A DNA stretch of 64,000 bases from an uncultured virus (IMG/VR IMGVR_UViG_3300006213_000002) (taxonomy: Duplodnaviria; Heunggongvirae; Uroviricota; Caudoviricetes). The position numbers and the translations under genes are program-made. The stretch is taken from positions 62,001 to 126,000 of IMG/VR virus record IMGVR_UViG_3300006213_000002. One strand, 5' to 3'. Below the pieces are notes generated by a model. That model did not search any database. It was not told the origin of the DNA and saw only the letters and a list, made by a program, of their open reading frames with translations. The stretch's first letter is position 1. Each line of letters opens with the position of its first letter. Below, piece by piece: positions 31,728 through 43,800 of this stretch.

Positions 31728-32708
31728 CTATAATTGATATTCTAATAATTCTATATTTTCTATTATAGTGCCTACATCTTGATATTTTATATTTTGATAT
31801 AAATAAATCTTCTTAAAGAAATATTTATATCGTTTTAATAAATATTTAATTCTCTCTGGTTTTATATTGCTATCTAGATATATCCTAATAATAACATTAG
31901 AACCAATTAAACCCTTCATTATCGCAAAATCTATTGCTCCTATATAATCTGATCCTAATGTTGCTATATATGCACTATTTATACCAGTATTAAAATTTTT
32001 ATATACTGATAATATATCGAATAGCCCTTCAGCTATATTTACATAGATATCTTCTATAGTAAATAAATTAAATGTATTTTTTATTGTATAAAATATTCTA
32101 TTATCTAATGAAAATAATGGTGTTTTCTTCCATGGATCATCTTTTTCAAAACCTCTTGTTAGAAGTGTTGATTTATCATCAGATAAAAATGATATTGTAA
32201 AGTCATTTGAAGGTAATGTATTTTTTGTTTTCTGATCACTAATATATTGAAATAAATTTTCTATCTTCCAAACTATTTTAAATTTATCATAATCTTCTAT
32301 ACTTAATCCTTTTCCTAATCTTTTTTCAATATATCTTATTTGAGGAGAATCTATTATTGGTGTACCTGTAATAATTTCAATATTAGAATCTTTTATACTT
32401 TTAATTTTTGAATATCGTTGATTTTTCATTTCTTTAATATATTTACTTTTAACACCTATTCTTTCCATAAATTCTCTATCTACTTTACCTTTAGCTCCAC
32501 AATTTGCTAAAAAACAATTATAAAGTATTGGCTCATTTGGATTATCTAAATCACATTTTAAATATAAATGCATATCTTTTGGATCATCTTGTTTATCACC
32601 ACAAAATGGACATCTCATTCTATATCTTATTATACTAACTTTTTTGAAAGGTTGACAATTTTTTTCTATCTCATTTATTAAATTTATTTTTAATTCTCTA
32701 TTATCCAT
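31728..32708 (-). CDS. DNA primase (zinc finger + TOPRIM)
   Basis: RCPFCGD...YNCFLANC zinc ribbon; IAEGLFD, ATLGS, YLDSN; start moved to the ATG at 32708 behind AGGAGG. Confidence 0.85.
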   Translation of the reverse strand: MDNRELKINLINEIEKNCQPFKKVSIIRYRMRCPFCGDKQDDPKDMHLYLKCDLDNPNEPILYNCFLANCGAKGKVDREFMERIGVKSKYIKEMKNQRYSKIKSIKDSNIEIITGTPIIDSPQIRYIEKRLGKGLSIEDYDKFKIVWKIENLFQYISDQKTKNTLPSNDFTISFLSDDKSTLLTRGFEKDDPWKKTPLFSLDNRIFYTIKNTFNLFTIEDIYVNIAEGLFDILSVYKNFNTGINSAYIATLGSDYIGAIDFAIMKGLIGSNVIIRIYLDSNIKPERIKYLLKRYKYFFKKIYLYQNIKYQDVGTIIENIELLEYQL

Positions 32709-32744
32709 TATACTATTATTTCCTCCTATTGCATCTATTATAAA

Positions 32745-32775
32745 TATAATATATAATTTAAGATTATATATTATT
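32745..32775. promoter_or_regulatory. back-to-back phage promoter motifs for primase and tubulin
   Basis: TTATATATTATA (minus, 32745-32756) and TTATATATTATT (plus, 32764-32775). Confidence 0.55.
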
Positions 32776-32832
32776 ACAATATAACGTATAATTATATACA
32801 ATATTAATATTAAATTTAGGAGGTACTTAGTA

Positions 32833-33999
32833 ATGAAAAATGTAATGTTGATTGGTGTTGGTAACTGTGGATCTCAGGTTGCTTGTTTAGGAGAAAAATT
32901 ATATCCTACCTTATTTGATGCAATGTATATTAATACAAGTAAAACTGATCTTTCTATGGTAACTGCAGAATCTGAACTTAAATACAAAATTGGTTCAGAT
33001 GAAGATGTTGAAGGTTCTGGTAAAAATAGAACTAAGATGCAAGAATATCTTGAGAAAGATATTGAAAAGATCTTAGGCGATGAAAAACTTGAAGATTCTA
33101 TAATTGATAAGAGTTATGCATTTATTATTACAAGTGCAGCGGGGGGGACAGGATCTGGTGCTTCAACAATTCTTTATGAATTTATGAAAGAAAAATTTCC
33201 TGATACATTCTTTATCTTAGTAGGTGTATTACCAAAACTTGATTCAACATCATTAATGGAACATGGTAATACATTAGAGTTTCTTGATGATCTTTATAGA
33301 GTATTAGGAGATAATGTAACATATATGCTATATGATAATGAATCAACTGCAAATATGGCAGATACAGTTGCATTAGAAACAGTTAACAGAAATATTATTG
33401 AGGATATTAGAATTCTTACAGGCATTGATAATCATCCTACACCATATGAATCTATTGATAAAGCAGATATGGAATCTATAATTACAACACCAGGAAGATT
33501 ACTTGTTGCAAGAATTAATAAGAATCTTACAGAAAAGAATCTTGAAGATAATAATATTGATAATATTGTTATTAAAGCAATTAAAGATTCTTGCCATGTT
33601 GAGACAGATCGTAATAAACATGTTGTTAGATGGGGTATAATCACATATTTTACAAATGAAGTATATCAGCTGTACAAATCATCTTTAACTGCAGTAACAG
33701 AATTTTTAGGAATACCTAAAGAAAGATTTAATCATAATGCAATTAATAATAAGGATGAATCATTGTCATTTATGTATATGATTGCATCCGGTTTGTCACC
33801 TATTAATGATAGGGTAAAGAAAATTACATCAAGAGTAGAATCATTACAAAAGACTTTACCATCTGAAGATACTAACAAATATATTCTTGGAGAAGGTGTT
33901 TCATATGGAATAATGGAAGAAAGAAGAAAACAGGTAAGAAGAGAAGCTGCTCCATCTGAAATTAATAAAAGTTCAGTATTTAATAAATTTAAGAAATAA
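32833..33999 (+). CDS. tubulin/FtsZ-family GTPase (PhuZ/TubZ-like)
   Basis: IGVGNCGSQ, INTS..DL, GSGKNR, signature SAAGGTGSG, YDN, SIDKADM. Confidence 0.9.
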   Translation: MKNVMLIGVGNCGSQVACLGEKLYPTLFDAMYINTSKTDLSMVTAESELKYKIGSDEDVEGSGKNRTKMQEYLEKDIEKILGDEKLEDSIIDKSYAFIITSAAGGTGSGASTILYEFMKEKFPDTFFILVGVLPKLDSTSLMEHGNTLEFLDDLYRVLGDNVTYMLYDNESTANMADTVALETVNRNIIEDIRILTGIDNHPTPYESIDKADMESIITTPGRLLVARINKNLTEKNLEDNNIDNIVIKAIKDSCHVETDRNKHVVRWGIITYFTNEVYQLYKSSLTAVTEFLGIPKERFNHNAINNKDESLSFMYMIASGLSPINDRVKKITSRVESLQKTLPSEDTNKYILGEGVSYGIMEERRKQVRREAAPSEINKSSVFNKFKK

Positions 34000-34077
34000 T
34001 ACATACATAATCAATAGGGCTTATTTATATAGCCCTATTGATTTTATTGTATGAATAAAATAAAAAGGAGAGAAGAG

Positions 34078-36453
34078 ATGTTAAAAACAATTGAGAATGC
34101 TGTAAAGGGTTATGTTGCTAATAAAATAGTTAAAACAGTATTAACCCCATTAGACACAATAGTAGATCAAAATATAATGGATGTAACAACTACTATTGGA
34201 TCATTTATCGTTAGAAGCGTACGAGGAAAATTTCAAAGGTCTATAACATTTACAATCGGAAATCATTATGCAGATAGATGGATGGAAGAAGCTTTATATG
34301 GTATTTTGTATAAATACAACAATATCAAAGGTTCCTCTAGATTAGAATTAACTAATAAAGCTGGTATGTCTGATGGAACTGGAATTTATTATAGACTGGA
34401 TGATGGTACACATAATCTCAAATATAGAGATTATAATATTTTATTAGGTATATCAACAAGTACTACTCCACTGACATCTGGAAGATCAACACAAGCAAGA
34501 ATTTATACAGTGATAACTTACGATTTAGATCCAAAATTTATGGAACTATTTGAAAAAGATATGATAGAACACAGAAATTCTTTATTACAAATAAAGAAGG
34601 ATAGCCCAGTGGTAAATGTTTATAAAGATTATCATGAATCTGATGGTTATACTTACTGGGAAAAAATGATGACTATAAATAAAAGAAAAATAGGTACGGT
34701 TTATCTTCCTTATGATCAGAAAAAGAAGTTAGTGGATACCATCAATAATTTCTTTAGTAATAAGGAATATTATAAAGAACATGGAGTTGCTCATAATCTC
34801 AAGATACTTCTTTATGGACCTCCTGGACCACAGCCTGAATCAACTAACATTCCTAATCCAGATGGATGGGATAAATTAATGAAAGATTTTAAACCTGGGG
34901 ACAAAATATTTACAGAAGATGGTTCAATAACAGAAATAGAAGATATAAGAAAATATGAACCTATGGATGTATATAAAATATATTTTTCAGATGGATCATT
35001 TACAAGATGTGCATTGACTCATAGATGGAATATTATACAAAAAGATGGCTCAATTGTTGATAATTCTGTTGAAGATATTATTAATTATCTTGGTACTACT
35101 AAAGATAATATAACAACATTTGATAATGATTTGTATGTACCAATGGGAGCAGAAGTTCAATATGATCATTCTACTAATTATAAAAATCTACATCCATATG
35201 TTATTGGAATATTAGCTATATGTGGAAGATTTATTGGTAATAATACTAATAAAAAAGTTTGCATTAATACAACTGAATCTGAAATTTTATATTATTTAAG
35301 ACAATATTTCCCGTTAGATATATATTTTGAAAAATATGATGATAACAATAATTGGATCATGATGAATAATTGCAATCCAGTTTATTTGGATGAATTATTA
35401 AAAATAATTCCTCCTGGAATGGTTGTATATAATAATTCAGATGGTTGTGAAACGATTCCATCTAATTATTTATATGATGATATTATGACCAGATCTGAAT
35501 TATTATCTGGAATAATGGATACAACAATTACTGATATAATTAAAACTGATTTGCAAACAATTTTAACATTATCATTTCCAACACCAAATTTATGTTTAAG
35601 TACTAAACGGTTGATGAATAGTTTAGGAGTTAGACCAACCTTTGTTGATGCTACTACATTAACAGTTGTATGTAATTCAAAGGTTTATTCATTTATAAAA
35701 TATAGCAGTAAAAAGAAATTAATAACTCTTAAATACGATTTAACAATTCCTAATTATGTAAGGAATGCATCATGCGAATCTGATTCTGTAGTAAAAATTG
35801 AACGCATTGAGAAAACAAATGAACAGGAAGCTATGATATGTTTTCATGTCAAAGATGAATCTCATACCTATATTACGGAAAATTTTATTTCTACTTGTAA
35901 TACAGGTAAAGATTCTATTGCAAAAATGATTGCATCAGAATGGAATAGAAATATTTACTATATTACAGGTGGTAAAGATGGTAACTTTATTCCAAATGCA
36001 ATTACAGATTCTGATACAGATGATATTAATTACCCATTAATGTTAATATCAGATATTGATAAATATCCAATGTTTATCACGGAACCAAAAGATCTTGATG
36101 AAAATAGTGATTCTGGCAAAGCAGAAAAAGTTGCTTGGAAACAAAAATTTGGATCTATGATAAATGCCTTAGATGGAATACTGTCAGGCGAGGATAGAAT
36201 TATTATAATGACAACTAATCACATTGAAAAGTTTTCTGAAACATTTAGAAGACCAGGTAGAATCGATTTGGAATTATTAATTGATTATGTAACTCCAGAG
36301 GTATTTAGGAAATTTATATATGATAATTTTAATTATGAATTACCTAAAGATATTAAATTAAAAGATGACAAATTAACTATTGCTAAAGTTCAATTTGATA
36401 TTATGTTCCAAAAGATGACAGTAGAAGAAATTATAAAGAAATATATAAAATAA
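34078..36453 (+). CDS. BCS1-like AAA+ ATPase containing an intein
   Basis: LLYGPPG^TGKDS Walker A, LISDID Walker B, INALDG, MTTNH, RRPGRID; start at 34078 behind AAGGAG (34051 also possible). Confidence 0.85.
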   Translation: MLKTIENAVKGYVANKIVKTVLTPLDTIVDQNIMDVTTTIGSFIVRSVRGKFQRSITFTIGNHYADRWMEEALYGILYKYNNIKGSSRLELTNKAGMSDGTGIYYRLDDGTHNLKYRDYNILLGISTSTTPLTSGRSTQARIYTVITYDLDPKFMELFEKDMIEHRNSLLQIKKDSPVVNVYKDYHESDGYTYWEKMMTINKRKIGTVYLPYDQKKKLVDTINNFFSNKEYYKEHGVAHNLKILLYGPPGPQPESTNIPNPDGWDKLMKDFKPGDKIFTEDGSITEIEDIRKYEPMDVYKIYFSDGSFTRCALTHRWNIIQKDGSIVDNSVEDIINYLGTTKDNITTFDNDLYVPMGAEVQYDHSTNYKNLHPYVIGILAICGRFIGNNTNKKVCINTTESEILYYLRQYFPLDIYFEKYDDNNNWIMMNNCNPVYLDELLKIIPPGMVVYNNSDGCETIPSNYLYDDIMTRSELLSGIMDTTITDIIKTDLQTILTLSFPTPNLCLSTKRLMNSLGVRPTFVDATTLTVVCNSKVYSFIKYSSKKKLITLKYDLTIPNYVRNASCESDSVVKIERIEKTNEQEAMICFHVKDESHTYITENFISTCNTGKDSIAKMIASEWNRNIYYITGGKDGNFIPNAITDSDTDDINYPLMLISDIDKYPMFITEPKDLDENSDSGKAEKVAWKQKFGSMINALDGILSGEDRIIIMTTNHIEKFSETFRRPGRIDLELLIDYVTPEVFRKFIYDNFNYELPKDIKLKDDKLTIAKVQFDIMFQKMTVEEIIKKYIK
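34828..35901 (+). mobile_element. intein (358 aa), class-3 type, with degenerate LAGLIDADG domain
   Basis: Starts PQPESTNIP, block B THRW, block F MICFHV, ends FISTCN followed by +1 Thr; removal restores GPPGTGK. Confidence 0.88.
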
Positions 36454-36501
36454 CTAATAAGGGAGAGAATATTCTCTCCCTTTAAAAGAAAGGATAATAT
36501 T

Positions 36502-36669
36502 ATGCCTGGTTTAGTTTTAGCAGTTATAATTGGAGCTATAATAATTTGGTTCACTATATCATTTGCTTTTCCTACTATAGGAAAATTCTGTAAATCTATG
36601 TGGGAAAATGCAGTTGGTATTGATGAAAATAAAAATGAAAAAGGAGAAAAAGAAAATGAAGAAAAGTAG
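36502..36669 (+). CDS. 55-aa single-pass membrane protein (not in ORF track)
   Basis: MPGLVLAVIIGAIIIWFTISFAFPTIGKF...; AAAGGA RBS; overlaps the SPFH start. Confidence 0.7.
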   Translation: MPGLVLAVIIGAIIIWFTISFAFPTIGKFCKSMWENAVGIDENKNEKGEKENEEK

Positions 36670-37605
36670 TAAAATTGTAGGAGCTTATTTTACAGGAATA
36701 ATTATTATTATTGCATTAATTTTCATGCATATATGTTTATCAAGAGTTCCTACAGGATATTGTGGAGTTGTATACTCTATCAATGGTGGTGTAACAGGTA
36801 AAGTTGTTGATCAAGGTTGGCATTGGCATGGTATCGGAGAAAGAATTACTAATTATTCCATTGGAATAGAGCAGTCATATTTAACTGCTACAAATAATGG
36901 TGATTCTCCTGAGAATGATAGTTTCTCGGCTCCATCCTCAGATGGTAAAGGTTTACACAGATGGAATTAACATTTACATATCGATTTGATAGGACAAGAA
37001 TATCTGATACCTTTACAAGATTTAAAGGATTGAGTGGTCAAGAAGTATTAACAACATTTATCAAACCAAATGTTATTTCTTGGACTAAAGAAATTACTGC
37101 AAAATATCCTGTTACTGAAATATTAGGTGATAAACGTGCTGATCTTAATATTGTGCTAACTGATTATCTCAGAGAAAAATTTGATTCATATGGTATTATA
37201 ATTGATTCAGCCATGTTAATCAATATTGAACCTGATGAAGAGATAAAAGCAGCAATTCAGAAAAAGATTACTGCTCAGCAAGAACTTGAACTTGCTAAGG
37301 TACAAGCAGAAACAGCAAGGATAGATGCAGAGAAAGAAAAAGAAGTAGCTTTAATTGAAGCTGAAAAGAATAAGGAGACTGCATCTATTAATGCAGAAAA
37401 AGTTAAAATTGAAGCACAGGGTAAAGCAGATGCTAAACGTATTGCTGCTGAGGCAGAAGCAGAAGCAAATGTTAAGATTGCTCAATCATTAACACCTGAA
37501 TTGATTGAGAAAATTAAATATGAACATTGGGATGGAAAACTTCCATATGTTCAAGGAAGTTCATCATCTATTATTGATATGAAAGATTTCAATGAAGGAG
37601 ACTAA
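36656..37605 (+). pseudogene. SPFH/prohibitin (band 7) protein split by a frameshift
   Basis: N-half TM + VPTGYCGVVY..GWHW..SSDGKGL; C-half MELTFTYRF..AEAEAN..KYEHWDGKLP; junction TTA CAC AG ATG has 2 nt too many or 1 too few. Confidence 0.75.
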
Positions 37606-37697
37606 TATGAATAATAATGATAGATGTTTAGATTGTCTTGAGAAATGTAAACATGCTACTACACAAACCGTATTTACTCGTAGTGAAATATTTAAAT

Positions 37698-37735
37698 AAA
37701 AATAAAGAGGGATTTAAATCCCTCTTTATTTTTTT
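37698..37735 (+). terminator. intrinsic terminator
   Basis: AAAATAAAGAGGGATT / AATCCCTCTTTATTTT. Confidence 0.85.
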
Positions 37736-37814
37736 ATTCATTTTCTATAGTTTTACTCAACACCTTAGTTAAAATTGAGAAAAATATAAAGATAAAATAA
37801 GAGGTGGTGAAATA

Positions 37815-40800
37815 ATGAGTAATACTATTAATGAAAAAACAACTTCATTATCATTTCTAAAACAAGCGGCTAATGTTATTACAAATGGATCTATTAGTTA
37901 TATAAATAAAGTAATGCCCAATACTACAGATACACTCAAAGAAGCAAAAGCTACAGTTAATGAGGTAACATCTACATTTAGTAATACAACTGGCAATGTA
38001 TTTCCTATATTGAGAAAATTAAAATCTCAAATTAGTTATAAAGGAATACTTAATTGGTTTTATGAGAAAGAAGATTCATTTGATTCTGGAGTTGATATAC
38101 CATCATCATATGATGATGGTAGTGATTTTGAAATGGCTGAGGTTCAAATAAATCAATCAGAAAAAAATGCTAAAGAAATTTCACAAACTATAGTTGAATC
38201 AAGTAGACATATGGTAGAAAGTGAAATTGCATCTACGGCAAATCTTACTCATACTATATCTGCTCAAACAGCAGTTATTACTTCTGGATTTGATTCAGTT
38301 AATAAAAATCTTGAAAATATAGCAGAAATAATATCAAAAAATACATCCGCTATTATAGAATTACAAACAGCAAGTTCTAAAGTAGAATTGATAAGCAGAA
38401 CTCAAACAGATGCTGACGAATCACGTAAAAGAATGCAATCGGGTAAATTTAATTTATCTGATTATAAAGCTATATTGAAGGATAATTTTGCTAATAGTGA
38501 ATTAGGTCTTTCTTTAGGTACAGCATCTGGATTACTTAGTAATAGTGGAATGATTAAAGATCTTCTTTCTCCAACTAATCTATTATCAGTTGGAATAAGT
38601 AAAGCTGTTGATAAAGCATCACCTAATTTTAGAAAAAATGCAAAGGCATTAGATGATGCCATTAGTGAAACTATAATGACTTCATTAATTAGATTAGGAG
38701 AAAGTAAAAAGGAAGTATTTGGAGTTAATCTTGGTAAAATATTTGGTATTGATTCATCAAGAGAAAAAATTGATACTAGCAGGCAAACATTAGAATTACA
38801 TGCTACACCATTTGATACATTAACTAAAGATACTATTAATAGTGGTATCACTGGTTATCTTAGAAAGATTTTAGTTGCTGTAGGTGGTGATGATGTAATT
38901 TATGATGCTAGAAGTCGTAGCTTTAAAACACAAAAACAATTGAAAAAAGAATATAGAGCAGAATCCATTAATACAAGTGCTTTATATCAAGCTACTGACA
39001 GAGTAAAACAAAATCTTGGTAATGAAGATTTTACTAAGATGATGTATTCTTTAATGATGAATGATTTAAGTAACAGAACTGGTCCTAATGGTAATGCTAG
39101 AAATCAAATAAATCAATTTAAAAATTTTGATGTTACTTATGATTATCTTAAATCATTATTAGGTAATAATGCAACTTCTACTGATCTCGATAATATCAAG
39201 GTATTAGCAAAACGATTAGGAAGACTACCAACTGGTTATGGCGAGCAAGACATCATGAATCAAGCTGCTAGAGAAGCAATAAAAAGAAATAATAAAATGA
39301 AAGAATATGTTATCAATGCTGATAATTACGGAGTTGATTTATCTTTCATTAATGATAGTACAAAAGCTGATGCTAATACAATAAAGAAGACATTTGGTAG
39401 ATCAGATATAGAAATTAAAAATTCACCCAGTAGAATTTCTACTTTAACGAATATTGATTATACTTATAAAGCTTTATATGAAATATATAGAAGGCTTAAT
39501 AAAGGTATTAATGTATTTAAGGTAGGAGAGAATAATAGAAGATCTAAACCATATACTGATTGGAAAGATAATTATCTTTCCAAACCCTCTGGATATAAAT
39601 CCAAAACTATAAATGATGCTGATACAACTACCAATGGTATTTTAGCAAATATGGGTCGATTAGATGATGGACCTAATCAATTGAGAAATAATACATTGGA
39701 AGATGGAACTACCGAAGAGTTGACTGGTGGACAAAGATTCTCCAGATGGGGTAAACAACGGGGTGGGGAATTTATCAAAGCTATGTTCTCAGGTAATCCT
39801 GGTGATGTGAAACGAGTATTTGGAAATATTATACAGGATGTATCAGGAGTAGCTAGTGACAAAATAAAATCTCAAGCAAATAAAGTTAATGATAAATACG
39901 GTAATGCATCTGGTTATCTTAAACATAAACTATTTGGAACATCATATAGATATACTAATGATGAAGGCAAGGAAGTTGAAATAGAAAAAAATGATAAAGG
40001 TGGTTATGCTGGATTTATTAAAAAGAAATTATTTGGTAAATTAGGTGATACAAATAATTCTGTACAAAAATGGTTTAAGGATGTAGCTGGATATTTTGAT
40101 TATGGTAATAAAGAAGATAAAAAGAACGGTGTTGAATCAAAAAGAAAGAAACTTATATCAACATCTATAGGTGCACTTGGAGGTGGTTTATTAGCTGGAC
40201 CATTAGGTGTATTAATGGGATCAATGGCTGGATCAGCATTCTCAAATTTTAATATTGGCGATAAATTCAAAGAGAAATTATTTGGTAGGGATGATAATGG
40301 TAAAGCTAAAGGTTTATTAACTAAAGTATTTGATAAAATGACAAGGCCCATTACTTATCAAATTAAGAAGACAACTAATTATTTTGGTAATGTATTAAAG
40401 AAAAATATATTTGGACCATTATCAGATTTAGGTTTTGCTATGAGAGAAAGAATGTTACATCATGTAGATGGATTAATGAAGAAAACTATGAATTTTATTA
40501 AGAATTCTTTCATAGGTAAAGCATTCAGTGCTGCTAAAAAGAAAGTTGGAGGTGCAGTAAAAACAGGAGCCAAAAAAGTATTTGGTGGTTTAGGTAATCT
40601 ATTATATGGAGGCTCAGTAGGTACATTAGGTTTGGCTGCTAGGCAAACTTTAAATGCGAATACATTACTACCTAGAGCTGGTTTAAATGGTTTATCAAAT
40701 TTATTGGTTCATAATACAGGTACTTATGAAGTTGATCCAGATACTGGTGAACGTGTATGGGTATCAGGAAAAGATAAACTAAAACAACGTAGAGAAGAAC

Positions 40801-43800
40801 GTAATGCATCAATTAAACGTGATATGGATCGTTATAGTTTATTTGGTGGATATGCCGAATATAATAGAGAACTAGATGCAAAACATGCTACAAATAAGAA
40901 TGAATTAGAGCAATATATAGCTGAAGGAACTCCTAAGATTGTAGAAAATACAGAACAAACAAATGAAATCTTAGATAATCTAACTGATGTAAATAGGGAA
41001 TCAAATGAAGCTTTACAAAATTTAGATCGTAATAGTAGCGAGGTTGGTTCTCTATTTACACATGATCAAGGTATTCATGATAAATTAGATAAATTATATG
41101 CATTCTTAACTGGTAATACATCTACTAATAAACCAAGTAATACTCCTGAAGGTCATTATAAATCAGATAAAAAGGCAGATGATGATAGTTTAAAGAATGC
41201 ATTAGAAAATAAATCATCCAAAGCACCTACTTTAATAGGTGGAGGAAATCAATCTGACCCTATATTAGGTAGCGCTCTAGGTTCAATTTCTACTATTGCA
41301 GCTAATAACGGATTATCTAATGATGAGGCACAAACTACAAATGAGACTATAGCTGAATTATCTAAAGATAAACCTAATAAAAATTCCATATCAGCTAAAT
41401 TACAGAAGATTATTAATATTAATAAAACAAAATCGGATGAGGATGATAAAGATAAAAAAAAGAAAAAATCTTTATTCTGGGATATATTAGGAAAGATTGG
41501 TAATTTTGCAGGAGGATTTCTTGATAAACTTCCTTTAATTTTAGGAGGTATTGCTGCATTTAAACTATTTTGTGGTGATTTTGAAGGTGTAAAGGATGTT
41601 GTTAGTAGAATTGGTAATGGTATAGATTCTATAGCTAGCTTTATTACAGGAAAATCAAAGGATGATGGCACAACAGCAGGAATGAATGCAGTAACATCAT
41701 TAGCAGATATACAATCAGATAGTCCAATGAGTTATGCTATACCTGGAGCTGAATTATATCATAATGAACGAGATTGTGCAGGTAACAGAATTAGAAATCA
41801 AAATGCTACTAAAGCAAAGAATACTATTCTTATTGGAGCTAATCTAAAGAATGCTTTTATGAATAAATGGCATGGTACTAATAATTCTAGTTTTACATCT
41901 ACAATGGCTAGAACTAGAGCTAGTATATCAGGTAGAATTAATAACATTTCGTCTAGTGTTTATAATAAACTTGATAATAGTGTATTAGGTAAATTTGGAT
42001 TAGGAAGAAAAATAAAGAATAAAGCAAGTAAGATTAGAGATAATAGTGCAGCGGCACAAGCTAATCAAGATCAGATTGCAAATAACAATGTTACTACAGT
42101 AGATAATTTGAAATCTAGAGTAGGAACTGCAGCTAGCTTAAGTTTCTTATCAGGAGCTGCTGGTTTAGGAGCTAAAGGCATTGCTAAAGCATTTGGTAGA
42201 GATGAAGAGTCTCAAGACAGATGGAGTAGAATTGGTTCAGGTGGTACTGCATTAGTATTAACAGCTAATCATGGTATGTCTAAACTTACTGGAAAGAAAT
42301 CATTAATTGATTTATTCAAAGAATTAGTAAGTAAGTTATTTAAATACTTAGCTGGAAAATTTAAAGAAAATGGTATACTTAAAAAATGTGCATCTAAGGT
42401 AGATGATATCTTTACTGGATTAGATACAAAAATATTTACTGGTCTTAAAGATAAGATGATAGATATTGTATCTAAGAAATTATTAGAGTTAGGAGTAGTA
42501 TCAAGTGGTGAACAAGCATTATCTGCAGCTACATTAGGTATACCAATTGTAGTTGGTGGCATTAGTGGTTTTATAGATGGTATATGTGGAGTAGAACATT
42601 TGTTCAGTGTACTTCCAGGTGATGCAGATGGAACTATGAAAACGATATCTATCTTATTAAATACTGCATTAGGTGCAGCCGCATTTGTACCAGGTGTTGG
42701 TTATGCTGTAGCTTGTATTGATATTATTGATGCTATTATGTCAGCTATTCCTGTATTTAAAGGAAAAGGTTTAACACAATATTTAGCTGAGCTTTTATAT
42801 AATATTATCAATGGAGCAAAGAATTTAGTTACTGGAAAGAAAGGTAATAAATTAAAAGAAGCACATGCTGAAGTTACAAGAAACACAAAGGCTTATAATG
42901 AAAAATTTGGTACTAACTTAAGTGAATCTGATATTATTGATGCTACGACTAATAAAGGTTGGTGGGATGCTTTATGGCATGGTAAAGCGTATAAAGGTGA
43001 TAATGGTTTACTTGTTACTGATAGAGCTGGAAATTTCCTTGGAAAAGGTGGTATTACTAATGCTTTATTTGGTAATAACAAAATATATGAAAGTGATACC
43101 GAAGGCAATGTCTTAAAGAATCAATATGGAGAAGCTGTAGTTAAAACTGATAAATACGGTCTCGGATCATACAAAAATAATATGAAGATCGGTGACTATG
43201 CTAAGTTTGGATTTAATTCAGCTAAACGTTTCTTTACAGGTGGTGAAGTATATAAGACTGATGAAAAAGGAAATGTCATATATGATGAAAATGGTAATCC
43301 AATTGTAGATCATAAGGAATCAAATATCTTTACGAGAGTATTTAAAGAAAAGAAATTTTTAGATGAAGCTACAACACAGTCTATCAACACTACTAAAAGT
43401 TTTATCAAGAATATATTTAAGAAAGAAACAATTAAAGATGAGAATGGAAATGAAATTCTTGATGAAAATGGTAAACCTATAGAAAGAAGTAAAGCTGGAA
43501 ATGTTATTGTTAAAGCTACTAATGTTATTAATGGTGCATTATTCGGAGGAGTAGGAGGTGTATTTAAAGCTCTTAAGAAGAATGAAAAAGAGCAATATGA
43601 ATTAGACGAAAATGGTAAACCGTTATTAGATGCAGATGGTAACAAAGTTAAGAAAGGAACACTTGGTTCTGTAATTACTAAAGGATTAGGTAAGATAGGA
43701 AATACAGCATTATCATTCTTAACTGGTGGAGCATTAAAAGATACTGAGTTAGTTAAAAGTGTTAAAAATAGTAAATGGTTTGATACTTTATCTAATATGA

